Assembly: GCA_016714975.1 (NCBI GenBank)
Contig: JADKBR010000001.1
Coordinates: forward strand, 635,074-699,073
From: Candidatus Dechloromonas phosphorivorans
GTDB lineage: Bacteria > Pseudomonadota > Gammaproteobacteria > Burkholderiales > Rhodocyclaceae
Direction: 5' to 3'
Length of the DNA: 64,000 bases
Below are positions 1-10,652 of this stretch, in pieces (positions within the stretch are counted from its first letter, which is position 1; each line of letters starts with the position of its first letter). The position numbers and the translations under genes are program-made. Under the pieces are notes generated by a model that made no database searches, had not been told where the DNA came from, and was given only the letters and a program-made list of their open reading frames with translations.

Positions 1-27
1 TTGGCTGGGGTAGGCAACTTTACCATG

Positions 28-1230
28 TCATTCGGTGCGCAGCGCCTCGACCGGATCAAGACGGGCGGCGCGCCGGGCCGGCAGTACGCCGGCGGCAAGG
101 CCGATGGCGATGGCGACCCCCTCGGCCAGCAGCACGAAGCTGAACGGGGTGTGCACCGGCAGCGCAGGCAGGGCAAAATGAATGGCCTGCGCCAGCCCGA
201 ATCCAAGCAGCAGGCCAAGAAACCCGCCAAACGCCGAGAGCGCGACCGCCTCGCCGAGGAAAAGCAGCAGGATGGTGCGCCGGGGGGCGCCGAGGGCGAC
301 CAGCAGGCCGATTTCGCCGGTCCGCTCGGCGACGGCGATGGTCATGATGGTGACGATGCCGACCCCGCCGACCAGCAGCGAGATGCCGCCGAGCGCACCG
401 ACGGCCATGGTCAGCACGTTGAGGATGTTCGACAGCGTCTTCAGCATCTCTTCCTGGGTAATGATGGTGAAGTCCTCACGGCCATGGCGCGCGAGCATGC
501 GCTCCTTGATGGCGCTGGCGACGAGCGCCGAAGGCACGCCCTCCACGGCGGCGATGTTGATCTCGTCCACGCCCTCGCGGTTGAACAGTTCCTGGGCGCG
601 GGCCGCCGGAATGAAGGCGGTGTCATCGAGGTCGATGCCGAGAAACTGCCCTTTCGGCGCCATGACGCCGATCACCCGGAAGTGCAGACCGCCGATGCGC
701 AGGCGCTGGCCGAGCGGATTCTCGCTGCCGAACAGTTCGTTCCTGAGCTTCGACCCGAGAACGACAAAGGCGCGCGCGCTGCTTTCGTCGTCGGCCGGCA
801 GAAATTGCCCGCTTTGCACGGTCGACCGGAACACCTGCGGCAGATTGGCATTGACGCCGGAAACCAGGGTCCGGCGCGTGCGGCCGTTGCCTTCGACCTC
901 GGCATTGCCGCGCACGATCGGGGTCACGGCGATGACATTCGCCAGGCGTTCGAGCGACCGGGCATCGTCCAGCGACAGGGGCCTGGCGCTGGACGGCAGG
1001 CCGGACGGCGGATGGCCGCCGGTCTTGGTCTTGCCAGGATGAACGCCGATGACGTTGGTCCCGAACTGGGTAAACTCGCCGAGGACGAAGCGGTGGATGC
1101 CTTCTCCGATCGAGGTCAGCAGGATCACTGCCGCGATGCCGACGGCAATCCCGAGCAGGGTCAGGAAGCTGCGCAGCCGCTGCGCGGTGACGGCGCGCAG
1201 GGCGAGCTGGAGGGCGTCGGCGAACAGCAT
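28..1230 (-). CDS. ABC transporter permease, MacB/FtsX family
   Basis: 400 aa ORF; N-terminal TM (RSFLTLLGIAVGIAAV), large periplasmic domain, C-terminal FtsX motif (ERTGEIGLLVALGA...PARRAARLDPVEAL). Confidence 0.93.
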   Translation of the reverse strand: MLFADALQLALRAVTAQRLRSFLTLLGIAVGIAAVILLTSIGEGIHRFVLGEFTQFGTNVIGVHPGKTKTGGHPPSGLPSSARPLSLDDARSLERLANVIAVTPIVRGNAEVEGNGRTRRTLVSGVNANLPQVFRSTVQSGQFLPADDESSARAFVVLGSKLRNELFGSENPLGQRLRIGGLHFRVIGVMAPKGQFLGIDLDDTAFIPAARAQELFNREGVDEINIAAVEGVPSALVASAIKERMLARHGREDFTIITQEEMLKTLSNILNVLTMAVGALGGISLLVGGVGIVTIMTIAVAERTGEIGLLVALGAPRRTILLLFLGEAVALSAFGGFLGLLLGFGLAQAIHFALPALPVHTPFSFVLLAEGVAIAIGLAAGVLPARRAARLDPVEALRTE

Positions 1231-1231
1231 C

Positions 1232-2440
1232 TCAATGCTTCATCAGGGCCTGCACCGGGTCGAGCCGGGCGGCCCGGCGGGCGGGCATGACGCCGAACAG
1301 CAGTCCCGTCCCGAGCGCCGTTCCGAGGCCGGCGATGACCGCCCAGTCGGGCGGATAGGCGGGAAAGACCGGGAAGAACTGGCGCAGGGCGAATGCCCCG
1401 GACTCGCCGAGCAGATAGCCGACCAGCGCACCGACAGTCGACAGCATCGCCGCTTCGGTCAGGAAGGCCAGCCGGATCGTGCGGGCCGGCGCGCCGAGCG
1501 CCTTGAGCAGGCCGATTTCGCCGGTCCGCTGGGTGACGGCGACGAGCATGACGTTCATCACCAGGATGCCGGCCACCGCCAGGCTGATCGCGGCGATCCC
1601 GGCGACGCCGAGGGTCAGCGTGCCGAGCAGCTTGTCGAACGTCGCCAGGATGGCATCCTGGGTGATGACCGTGACGTCTTCCTCGCCGCGATGGCGCTGC
1701 CTGAGGATCTCCAGCGCACGTTCCTTGACCTCGGGAATCGCCTCGCGGCTCTTGGCCTCGATCAGGATGCGGAACAGCGTGTTGGAGTTGAACATCGCCT
1801 GCGCCAGCGCCACCGGGATGATGACCAGTTCGTCGGTGTTCATGCCCAAGCCCTGACCCACCGACTTGAGCACGCCGACCACCCGCAGCCTGCGGTCACC
1901 GACACGGATCAGCTTGCCGACCGCCGGTTCGGCGCCGAACAGTTCATCGCGGATCGTCGCACCGATGACGGCGACCGGCGCGCCCCGCCCCCAGTCGTCG
2001 TCGGGCAGTCCACTACCCTGGGCGAGCTCGAAATTGCGGATGGGCAGGAAATCGCTGACCGAACCGGCGACCATGACTTCCCGCAGCCGCCCGCCGAAGT
2101 TGATCTCGGAAGTTCCGACGGCAAGCGGCGCGACCCGCCGGACCCCGGCGGCACGGAGCAGCGCGGCGGCGTCGTCGATAGTCAGGTCGCGCGGCGTCGT
2201 CGTGATCGCATTGGCCGGATTGAACCCGCCGGTACCCGAGCGGCCAGGCAGGACGATGACGAGGTTGGTGCCGATCGATGAAAACTGGCCGACGACATAG
2301 CGCCGGGCGCCGTCGCCGAGCGCCGTCAGGATGACGACGGCGGCCACGCCGATCGACATGGCGAGCACCGACAGCGCGGTGCGCAGCGGGTAGCCGGTCG
2401 CCGCATCGCGGGCGAAGCGCAACGTGTCAGCCAGGCGCAT
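1232..2440 (-). CDS. ABC transporter permease, MacB/FtsX family (second paralog)
   Basis: Same architecture (QRTGEIGLLKALGA, PARRAARLDPVQAL); start reassigned to ATG at 2440 (MRLADTLRF). Confidence 0.92.
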   Translation of the reverse strand: MRLADTLRFARDAATGYPLRTALSVLAMSIGVAAVVILTALGDGARRYVVGQFSSIGTNLVIVLPGRSGTGGFNPANAITTTPRDLTIDDAAALLRAAGVRRVAPLAVGTSEINFGGRLREVMVAGSVSDFLPIRNFELAQGSGLPDDDWGRGAPVAVIGATIRDELFGAEPAVGKLIRVGDRRLRVVGVLKSVGQGLGMNTDELVIIPVALAQAMFNSNTLFRILIEAKSREAIPEVKERALEILRQRHRGEEDVTVITQDAILATFDKLLGTLTLGVAGIAAISLAVAGILVMNVMLVAVTQRTGEIGLLKALGAPARTIRLAFLTEAAMLSTVGALVGYLLGESGAFALRQFFPVFPAYPPDWAVIAGLGTALGTGLLFGVMPARRAARLDPVQALMKH

Positions 2441-3116
2441 GGTTGCCGTCGTGCTTGATGCGGCCGTCTTCCATGATGATCTGGCGGCGCGCGCGGGCAC
2501 CCATCGCCTGGTCATGGGTGACGACGATCAGTGTGACGCCGCTGGCATTCAGCGCTTCGAGCAAGCTGACGACCTCTTCGCCAGTATGGCGGTCGAGGTT
2601 GCCGGTCGGCTCGTCGGCGAGGATCAGGGCCGGCTGCATGATCGTCGCGCGGGCGATGGCGACGCGCTGACGCTGACCACCGGAGAGCTGGTCGGGCCGG
2701 TGGTCGGCGCGATTCTCCAGGCCAAAGCCGGCCAGCGCCTTGGCGACGCGGGTGTTGCGCTCGCGGGCCGGGATGCCGGCCAGCATCATCGGCAGGGCAA
2801 TGTTTTCGGCGGCAGTCAGGCGCGGCACCAGATGAAAACTCTGAAAGACGAAGCCAATGCGTTCGCTGCGTACCCGCGCCTGTTCGTCGGGCGACAGCGT
2901 CGTTACGTCGCGCCCTTCGAGCAGATAGGCGCCAGCATTGGGGCGGTCGAGCAGGCCGAGCAGGTTGAGCAGCGTCGATTTGCCGGAGCCGGACGGCCCC
3001 ATCACCGCGACGTATTCGCCATTGTCGATGCGCAAGTCCAGCCCCGCCAGCGCGTGGACCGCAGCATCGCCGAGCTGGAAGACGCGCTCGATGCCCTTGA
3101 GTTCGATCAGCGCCAT
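2427..3116 (-). CDS. ABC transporter ATP-binding protein (MacB/LolD-type)
   Basis: Walker A GPSGSGKS, signature LSGGQRQR, Walker B ILADEPTGNLD; start reassigned to ATG at 3116 (MALIELKG). Confidence 0.95.
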   Translation of the reverse strand: MALIELKGIERVFQLGDAAVHALAGLDLRIDNGEYVAVMGPSGSGKSTLLNLLGLLDRPNAGAYLLEGRDVTTLSPDEQARVRSERIGFVFQSFHLVPRLTAAENIALPMMLAGIPARERNTRVAKALAGFGLENRADHRPDQLSGGQRQRVAIARATIMQPALILADEPTGNLDRHTGEEVVSLLEALNASGVTLIVVTHDQAMGARARRQIIMEDGRIKHDGNHAPG

Positions 3117-3120
3117 GCGC

Positions 3121-4269
3121 CTATCTGGCCTTGGCTTTTTCGTCGGGCGATACCGTGGCGCCGGCCTTGACGCCTTCCTTTTCAAGCGACGTGACGATGC
3201 GGTCGCCGGCGGCCAGCCCATCCAGGATTTCGGTGTATTCCCAGTTGGCGAGGCCGGTCTTGACCTTGCGTTCCTCGAGCTTGCCGCTGCCGGCGTTGAA
3301 CAACAGCACCCTGCCGCCCTCCTGGATGGCTGCAGTCGGAATGCGCAAGACCTTGTCGCGGCCATCGAGAATGATCTCGACGTCAGCGCTGTAGCCGACC
3401 AGCAGCTTGCCGGTTTCGTCAGGCCTGGCGAAATCGACCTCGACATCGACCGTTCGCGCCTGCTTCTCGACTGCCGACACATAGGGCGCGACGCGCCGCA
3501 CCTTGCCCGGCAGTTGCTTGCCCGGCAGCGCATCGAGTGTCACGCGCACCGTCTGGCCGACGTTGATTTTCGGCGCATCGACCTCGTCCATCGGCGCCTT
3601 GACGTAGAGGCAGGAGTCGTCGATCAGGTCGATCGCCGGCGGGGTCGGCACGCCGGGCGGCGACGGCGTCGAATATTCGCCCAGCTCGCCGACGATCTTG
3701 GCGACAGTGCCGTCGAACGGTGCATAGAGCGCGACCCGGCCTTGCTCGACACGCGTGGCTTTCAGCCTGGCCTCGGCCTGTGCGATGTCCGCTTTGGCGG
3801 TATTGCAGCCGGCGCGCTTGACCTCGGCCTCGGTACGTGCCGCCTCTTCCCTGCTGGTCGAGACGAAACCCTTATCGCGCAGTTCACTCTGCCTTTTTGC
3901 CTCTTTTTCGGCGTTGCCCGCAGCGATGCAGGCTTCCTCGCTGCGTCTGGAAGCAAGCACGATCTGGCTCTGCGACAGCGCAGCCTGAGCCTGCTGGTCG
4001 TCGTTCCACAGCTTGAGCAGCAACTGTCCCTTCTTGACCCGGTCGCCCTCCTTGACGCCGAGATACTCGATGCGTCCGCCGATGATGGTCGAAAGTTTGG
4101 TGCGCTGGCAGGCTTCGACGGTACCGGCACGGGTATTGGCCAGCGTCGCTTCGACCTTGCCTTCGGCGACTTCCGTCAGGGTCACCGGAAGGGGTTTGGG
4201 ACGGCTGAACCAGTAGAGCCCGATACCAAGCAGTGCAACGACAACAATTGAGATGGCCAGGCGGCGCAT
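3121..4269 (-). CDS. Efflux periplasmic adaptor (MacA/HlyD-like membrane fusion protein)
   Basis: N-terminal TM anchor, lipoyl-like VKEGDRVKKGQLL and APFDGTV motifs, coiled-coil hairpin; first gene of the ABC operon. Confidence 0.92.
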   Translation of the reverse strand: MRRLAISIVVVALLGIGLYWFSRPKPLPVTLTEVAEGKVEATLANTRAGTVEACQRTKLSTIIGGRIEYLGVKEGDRVKKGQLLLKLWNDDQQAQAALSQSQIVLASRRSEEACIAAGNAEKEAKRQSELRDKGFVSTSREEAARTEAEVKRAGCNTAKADIAQAEARLKATRVEQGRVALYAPFDGTVAKIVGELGEYSTPSPPGVPTPPAIDLIDDSCLYVKAPMDEVDAPKINVGQTVRVTLDALPGKQLPGKVRRVAPYVSAVEKQARTVDVEVDFARPDETGKLLVGYSADVEIILDGRDKVLRIPTAAIQEGGRVLLFNAGSGKLEERKVKTGLANWEYTEILDGLAAGDRIVTSLEKEGVKAGATVSPDEKAKAR

Positions 4270-4583
4270 GCGAAATTCCTAACGAGAACCGGGCGACCAC
4301 CCGGAGGGTGCGTGACTGATGATTGCTCCAAGAGCGCCTTGACAGAGCGATTCGCTGATCGGTGCCACGCTTGGGGGGATGAGGAAGGCGCCAAATGGTC
4401 TGTCTTTTCGTATATCCCAGCCCGGCAGAAACGTTCCAGCGTGGCTGAGCGAACATGCCGTCATTCTGACTGATTGCTGGAGTTTGTCCAATACTTGGTC
4501 TCTGCGCATCTTCAATCACGCTTGACCGCCCCCGCGGTGCTTCATGCTGACGAAAACGCCCGCAGGGGCCCGCAAGCCAGCCG

Positions 4584-7500
4584 TCAGAGCCTCTGTATTT
4601 CCTTCTGTGGCGAGCTGGAGAGCACCAGATGCCACAGGCTCTGCAGGAGTGCCGGGTCTGCTTCGGCGATGATCCCGTCAAGAGTGGGCGGCATGTCAAC
4701 CAATATGCCCTCGTCCCTGTAGCTCTCCTGCAGCTTGCGCATGCCTTTCCGTCCCAACCCCATGCGGCGCAGGTGATCCTGGATTCGGTAGTAGACCAGC
4801 CCCCACGGCTTTCCGGCGACCGGTCTTGCCAGCAACGCCAAACCCACCGGGAACACGAAATCCTTCTCTTTGCCGAAGGGATCGCTCACACGGAGTTCCA
4901 GCACTTGCAGCATGAGTCTGTGACTACCCGTGTTGGCAATCCAGCCATTCGCACCGGCGAGGAGTCGCGCCTTGTCCGTTTTTTCCGGACACTCGGCGGG
5001 GTCCGCTGCGTTTGCACCGCCCCCAGCTCCCAGAGCTGCATAGTGGCCGACGATAATCCGGCGCACATGTTCCAGTTCGACAAAGTTGATCTGGTCTTCC
5101 CATCCGGCGGCCCCCACCTCGACGGGGTCGGCCAGGATCAACTCGCCGCTTCCCAGACCCAGGTGGCGGCGGCAGAACTGCTGGAAGCGGGCGCCGTAGG
5201 TGGCCACGCAGATAGCCCAGGTGACCCGGAACATGCCAGCCCATGACCAGTGGCGAAAGAGATTCATCCAGCCGCGATTACCGGGGTGGTCGTGCTCCTC
5301 ATCGAGCCGCAAATCGACGTAGACGTTCTCCATGAGTTGTATCAGCGTGTTGCACAGGTAGAAGCCCGCCCGCATTTCGCTCTCGGAGGGTGGGAGCATG
5401 GTGACACGCCCATGTTTCTCCTTCTCGCTGTCCTGCTCCACACGGTTGGACAACTTGACCCATTCGGGATAGATCTGACTGTCCAGGAAGCGCAGGTTGG
5501 CATCCAGGCGCATGCGGTCGTAGATCTTTTGCAGCTCCGCACCATGCCTGGAGAAGGCGGCTTGCCCAGCGGCGCTGGGCGGGAACCACTGCTCGGACAG
5601 GGTGTGGAAGAGGACTTCATGATCGCAGGGCAGATCCCTGTCCGCCTTGCCCTGCCGTTTGGCCTGGCGACTGGCCTCGGTGGCCTCTTCCCGGGCCTGG
5701 TCCAATACCTGCATGGTTATGTGTTCTCCCAGTTTGCGGTAGCTCTCGAACTGCGATTCGCCGTACCACTGGTCACCGGTGCTTTCGTGGGGGAATTCGC
5801 GGTTCTGGGCTTTGTACTGCCTGACGTCGGTGGGCTCGTTGCCAGTCATCGAGGCCTTGATGTAGAGAAGGTAGCCTGAGGTGGCCACCGGGTCGTGGCG
5901 TTCATAGTGGATGGTCCCCACGGCGCAGTGGAAACGACTGTGGCCCGTATCCGGATCGGGAGCGATGGCACGGGGATCGATCACGATCTCGATGCCGAGG
6001 TCGATCTGGCACTTGCGGATCGCGTTGCCCAGATCCTCGAAGCTGTAGCCGCCGTCACAGCCCGCGTCGCAGGCTATGATGTAGCGGCAGCGGCGGCGCA
6101 CGAGCTCATAGATGCCCAGGTTCTCGAAATGTCCGCCGTCGCTCAGGTACACGAATGGGCTGGCATCGGTGGTTGAGGCCATCAGCTCCGCCAGCAGGCT
6201 GGGAATGCAATGCTTGGGTCCTGGCGCGGTCCACTGCTCGAGCTCACGCGTGTTTTGCATCCACCAACCCAGGCGCACGTTGAAAACCGTCATCAGCAAG
6301 GCGGTAGCGGGGTTGGTGTGGTAGCCGGCATTTGGGCTGGCCGCGGCGCCCGAGATGGTCACAGGCGTGCCCAAGGCAAGCCAGCCGAGCCTCGCGCCCG
6401 CCTTTGCCCCCTTGACTGGCCAGGACAAGTACTGCTCCGTCTTCTGGAAAGCCGCGACATCGGCATCGCCGGTGCCTGGAAGCTGATAGCCGCAGAACGC
6501 CGGCGTGAACACGAAGGAAGCGGCCTTGCGCTCCTGCCAGGCCAGGTTCTTGCAACACGAGATGTTCAGCGCTGTATTGATCAGTGGATACGGACGCTGC
6601 ACGCTGTCGCCCTGCTTGAGATCGACCAGTTCGGGCGAATCCCCGGATTCCAGATTGGTGAACGGGTTGGCCTGCCGCCGCGAGTTGCTGGCTCCCAGGT
6701 AGCAACGCTCCAGACGATTGCGATAGAACATGTGAAAGGCGAATACGTTGATGTCCACCCGCCTGTTTAGCAGGAAGACCAACAGACAGACAGCCACCAT
6801 GAGCAAGAAAAATCGGCCCGATGAACTGCTGAGCGCACTCTCCGACGCTTTCGCGTAGGCTGTCAGGCTGCATCCCGGATCGGACTTGACTTGCAAAATC
6901 TCGCCCGTGGCGCTGCCTTCCTTCATGTCTACGCTGAGGCGGTAGGCGGAGCGCAGACTGGCGATGGACGAATCCGGGACGGGCTTGCATACTGCGCTCC
7001 CGGCCTCTCCGCCCAGCGTGACGATGGCCGTATGCAGTACCACGGAGAGCAGCACGAACAAGCCTGCCACGAATACCCACGGCGCGACGACGGCAAGTAC
7101 GTTCTTCCAGCCACCCTTGCCATTGCCGGTGGACGGGCTTTGGCCCAGCAGCACGCCGACAACCGTGGTCGCCAGCCAGGCCACCCCACCCATGGCCGTG
7201 ATCCAGGCACCGGCGTAGGACACGCCGTAACTGCCCAGCAACGCCACGCCGGCGAGGGCTAGCCAGCCTATTGCCAGCGAGAGAAGGATGCCGCCAACGC
7301 GGCTCGCCCATTCCCGGGAGGCCTCCCGCAGTTTCCGTCCGGCCAGACCGATCGCGGCAGTGGCGAACAGCATGAGCAAGAGCAGGACCACAGAGGGACC
7401 CAGCACCATCAGCAACAGGCGTCCCGCCTCCAAATCTGCTCCAGCCCCCCCAGGAAACTGCGGCAGCGCCAACTGAGCACCCACACCAAGCACCAACGCG

Positions 7501-8675
7501 CCCATGGCTGCGCTCTTGATCACAACATTTGGCCCGCCCAGACGAGATCCGCCCTCGCTCACCCCGGTTGCTGACTTTCCGAGCGACGCCTCGCGCTCGA
7601 TGGCTGCGATTTCGAGCCCCCCCTTGCGTATTGCCCTCAGCAACAGCAGGGCCCCGCCGCCACTAACGATCATGGCCACCTTCTCTGGCTGCCCCCCGAG
7701 AATCCGCATAAGTACGTGTGGCAACGTCAGCAGGAGCCAGGGCAGGCAGAGCAACAGCAGGCCCAGCCCCCCGAGGATGAGCTGATTTAGGAACACGTTG
7801 CGCAGCCAGGTGGCCGCGCCGGCCATGGTGTCGGCGCTCAGGAGGCCGATACGGGGGGTGAGGTAATTGCTGAACTGGCGCAACCAGGACACCTGCCGTG
7901 GCTCGCGCACCGCACCACCGGCTTCCACAGCAAGCTGCTGCTCGACCTCCAGAATGCCTCTTTTCTCGCGACTGACCCAGGCATGGAGCCAGCCGCCAAT
8001 GTATCCACCACCTGACACGCTGGACAGGTAATCGACGCGGCGAAGCAAACCGAGTCGGGCAAGCGCCTGCACTACGCCCAAGTTGAATGTGGCGCTGCGG
8101 ATACCCCCACCGGAGAAGGCCAGTCCCAGGAGCCTGGCCTGATGGGCTCGGACCACGGCATTATCGCATCTGGCAGCCTCTGTCTCCGGACACTGTCCGG
8201 CCTTTTCGCGACCCTGATTTATATCGTCGAGCTCTTTGCAGAGGACTTCGTCGAAAGTGTACGGAGGCAAGTCGGCCAGTACTTCCCGGGTAGCTGAATC
8301 AAATACGCCGGTGCTCGCCAGGGGCTTATGGGAGGGCTCTCCCTGAAACAGTTGCAGAGCCTCCCTCGTAGCGTCGTCGAACCGCCCATGTGGCTCGCCT
8401 TGGTAGCATTCCTGCGCCGCAAGCTGGCGTTGCAAGTTCGCCACCTCGATGCGGACCGCTCGCAGGGTGTTCTGTGTAATCCGTCCGTGCTGCACCCAAC
8501 CATAAGTGGCCCGCAGCCTGTTGACTGCTTGCGTGATCTCTTCCTGCGAACGGCCCGCCGCATCCACCTTGACTTCGTCCGGCGAGTTGCCACGCTCGGG
8601 AAAAAGCCCCAGCCCCTCCAATGCACTGAGCAGATCCCGGTACTCAAGCTCCTGCTTCTCGTCTTGTGCTTTCAT
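4584..8675 (-). CDS. Large membrane-embedded patatin/cPLA2-like phospholipase with N-terminal peptidoglycan-binding-like domain
   Basis: LAFSGGGIRS oxyanion motif, YLSSVSGGGY nucleophile Ser, YLSDGGH Asp; about 8 hydrophobic helices between Ser and Asp; N-terminal LQRQL...GRFDDATREALQLFQ...TGVFDSAT resembles PG_binding_1; ATG 8675 preceded by GGAGGAG. Confidence 0.8.
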   Translation of the reverse strand: MKAQDEKQELEYRDLLSALEGLGLFPERGNSPDEVKVDAAGRSQEEITQAVNRLRATYGWVQHGRITQNTLRAVRIEVANLQRQLAAQECYQGEPHGRFDDATREALQLFQGEPSHKPLASTGVFDSATREVLADLPPYTFDEVLCKELDDINQGREKAGQCPETEAARCDNAVVRAHQARLLGLAFSGGGIRSATFNLGVVQALARLGLLRRVDYLSSVSGGGYIGGWLHAWVSREKRGILEVEQQLAVEAGGAVREPRQVSWLRQFSNYLTPRIGLLSADTMAGAATWLRNVFLNQLILGGLGLLLLCLPWLLLTLPHVLMRILGGQPEKVAMIVSGGGALLLLRAIRKGGLEIAAIEREASLGKSATGVSEGGSRLGGPNVVIKSAAMGALVLGVGAQLALPQFPGGAGADLEAGRLLLMVLGPSVVLLLLMLFATAAIGLAGRKLREASREWASRVGGILLSLAIGWLALAGVALLGSYGVSYAGAWITAMGGVAWLATTVVGVLLGQSPSTGNGKGGWKNVLAVVAPWVFVAGLFVLLSVVLHTAIVTLGGEAGSAVCKPVPDSSIASLRSAYRLSVDMKEGSATGEILQVKSDPGCSLTAYAKASESALSSSSGRFFLLMVAVCLLVFLLNRRVDINVFAFHMFYRNRLERCYLGASNSRRQANPFTNLESGDSPELVDLKQGDSVQRPYPLINTALNISCCKNLAWQERKAASFVFTPAFCGYQLPGTGDADVAAFQKTEQYLSWPVKGAKAGARLGWLALGTPVTISGAAASPNAGYHTNPATALLMTVFNVRLGWWMQNTRELEQWTAPGPKHCIPSLLAELMASTTDASPFVYLSDGGHFENLGIYELVRRRCRYIIACDAGCDGGYSFEDLGNAIRKCQIDLGIEIVIDPRAIAPDPDTGHSRFHCAVGTIHYERHDPVATSGYLLYIKASMTGNEPTDVRQYKAQNREFPHESTGDQWYGESQFESYRKLGEHITMQVLDQAREEATEASRQAKRQGKADRDLPCDHEVLFHTLSEQWFPPSAAGQAAFSRHGAELQKIYDRMRLDANLRFLDSQIYPEWVKLSNRVEQDSEKEKHGRVTMLPPSESEMRAGFYLCNTLIQLMENVYVDLRLDEEHDHPGNRGWMNLFRHWSWAGMFRVTWAICVATYGARFQQFCRRHLGLGSGELILADPVEVGAAGWEDQINFVELEHVRRIIVGHYAALGAGGGANAADPAECPEKTDKARLLAGANGWIANTGSHRLMLQVLELRVSDPFGKEKDFVFPVGLALLARPVAGKPWGLVYYRIQDHLRRMGLGRKGMRKLQESYRDEGILVDMPPTLDGIIAEADPALLQSLWHLVLSSSPQKEIQRL

Positions 8676-9189
8676 GTCACTCCTCCCAAGGTCACGCACG
8701 AAACGGCGCATCGGGGTAAGACGCATATTCCAATACGGCCGCCTGAAACCTCACGATGACCAAACCTGCTCGCCGACCAGGGTCCACCACGGCTTATCGT
8801 CACGATTTCAGCATAAGCACCGCCGTTCTCTTTGTCCAGCGAATGGGGAGCCTCGGGTTGGTCAATGACGACTGGCGAATTCGTGGTTGTTCGCAGATTC
8901 AGCCCGGAGAATCCAAGGCGCGATTGTTGCTGACAAGGACTGCCAGCAAAAAAAGGGGGGCTTTCTGTATGATCCAACTGGAGAACACAGGACCCACCCC
9001 CGCATGATGACAAAACGTGGGCTGTCTTCTATGGTCATCAATGCTTGTCAAGCTCGCAGACGTGGCCCGAGGCGCGCGGATCGGCATGATTTGGGTTGGC
9101 GACAGAATGACAGCCGACCGGTCGGGAGTCACGCGATGGCTGAAAAAGTGAAGACTGTGAAAAACCGGTAGCGAGACGATGGTGATCCG

Positions 9190-10506
9190 ATGGACATTCT
9201 GATAATTCTTTTCCTTGTGCTGCTGAACGGCATCTTCTCGCTGTCAGAAATGGCGCTGGTTTCGTCTCGGAAGTCACGCCTTCAGCAGTGGAGTGATGAA
9301 GGCAAAGGCGGCGCCACAATCGCGCTAAGCCTGTCGCGAGACCCGGGCTATTTTCTGTCGACGATCCAAGTCGGCATCACGCTCATCGGTATCCTCAGTG
9401 GCGCTTATGGCGAAACGGCCTTTGCCGGAAAGTTCGCCGCCTACCTGGGCCAGTTTTCCCCCGTGGAGCCATACGCCGACGCCATCGCGCTGACAACCGT
9501 GGTCATCGTCATCACCTACCTGTCGCTCATCATCGGCGAACTGGTGCCCAAGCAGCTGGCACTGCGCGATCCCGAACGAGTTGCCACTCTTGTCGCTCGC
9601 CCGCTGCACCTGCTGTCATCCATGATGGGGCCTCTGGTTTACTTCCTAAACTGGTCCTCGGAGAGGTCACTGAAATTGCTTGGCGTCGGCTCGGCAAAGG
9701 AGCAACCAGTGACCGAGGAGGAAATCAATGTGTTGATGGAGCACGGTGCCGAAGCTGGCGTATTCGAGAAGACGGAGCAGGCGTTGGTTGCCAACATCCT
9801 GCGACTCGACCAGCAGCGCCTGGAATCGATCATGACACGTCGCGACGACCTCGCCTTTCTCGATGTTGAGGATGACTTCGAGAAGAACCGCCTCAAGCTG
9901 ACTTCGAACAAACATGCGCGCTTGCCAGTGTGCAAGGGCGGACTGGAAAACGTTCTGGGTATTCTGGCGACAAAGGATCTTCTGGGACGGAGCTTGGCTG
10001 GTGAGTCACTCGATTTTTTTTCCGTGCTGCGCCACCCGCTTTTCGTGCCCGAAAGCATCAGTACGATGGAACTGCTGGAGACCTTCAAGAGCGCCCGCAA
10101 TCATCTGGCGCTGGTGGTGGACGAATACGGCAAGATACAGGGTCTCGTCACGCTCAATGATGTACTGGAAGCCATTGTCGGCGATATTCCATCGTACGAG
10201 TCGGCGGAGGACTCAGCGATGGTGCGCCGCGAGGACGGGAGCTGGCTGGTTGATGGCGCGCTTCCGGTGTACAAGTTCAAGAACACTTTCGCGCTGAACG
10301 AGCTACCCGAAGAGGAGCTGGGCAATTTTCAAACCATGGGTGGTTTTGTGATGATGTTTCTGGGACGCATTCCCAACGTTTCGGACCACTTTGAAGCTGG
10401 CGGGCTACGCTTCGAGGTCGTAGACATGGACAGGAACCGCGTCGACAAGATCCTTGTGTTGGATGAACGTAGCGGAGCGGATGGGGCCGCGAAGCCCGTC
10501 GGTTGA
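9190..10506 (+). CDS. Hemolysin-family / CNNM (DUF21)-CBS-CorC transporter-associated protein
   Basis: NGIFSLSEMALVS, STIQVGIT and IIGELVPK (DUF21), CBS pair (VVDEYG...VTLNDVLEAIVG), C-terminal CorC_HlyC domain. Confidence 0.92.
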   Translation: MDILIILFLVLLNGIFSLSEMALVSSRKSRLQQWSDEGKGGATIALSLSRDPGYFLSTIQVGITLIGILSGAYGETAFAGKFAAYLGQFSPVEPYADAIALTTVVIVITYLSLIIGELVPKQLALRDPERVATLVARPLHLLSSMMGPLVYFLNWSSERSLKLLGVGSAKEQPVTEEEINVLMEHGAEAGVFEKTEQALVANILRLDQQRLESIMTRRDDLAFLDVEDDFEKNRLKLTSNKHARLPVCKGGLENVLGILATKDLLGRSLAGESLDFFSVLRHPLFVPESISTMELLETFKSARNHLALVVDEYGKIQGLVTLNDVLEAIVGDIPSYESAEDSAMVRREDGSWLVDGALPVYKFKNTFALNELPEEELGNFQTMGGFVMMFLGRIPNVSDHFEAGGLRFEVVDMDRNRVDKILVLDERSGADGAAKPVG

Positions 10507-10652
10507 GCCGACCATGCCTGTCCGTGCAGTGCGGACAGCAAAGGGTGCCCGGTCGGCGTGCCGAGGACGAAATGCATTCTCGGATCCGACCAGCGCAGTC
10601 AGGCTCATGCAAACCTGATCGGCGTGACGCGGCATGCCCGCGCCAATGGTCG

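Noticed and set aside
819-845. CGGTCGACCGGAA in the permease gene and other bare GGTCGACC / GGTTGACC hits (e.g. near 15510, 39020, 44500, 62420)
   Set aside because: Core present but phased A/T tracts weak or absent; explainable by Val-Asp or Ser-Thr codons
8676-9189. Small ORFs or ncRNA in the divergent patatin / CNNM intergenic region
   Set aside because: Short overlapping ORFs with no motifs; no convincing structure
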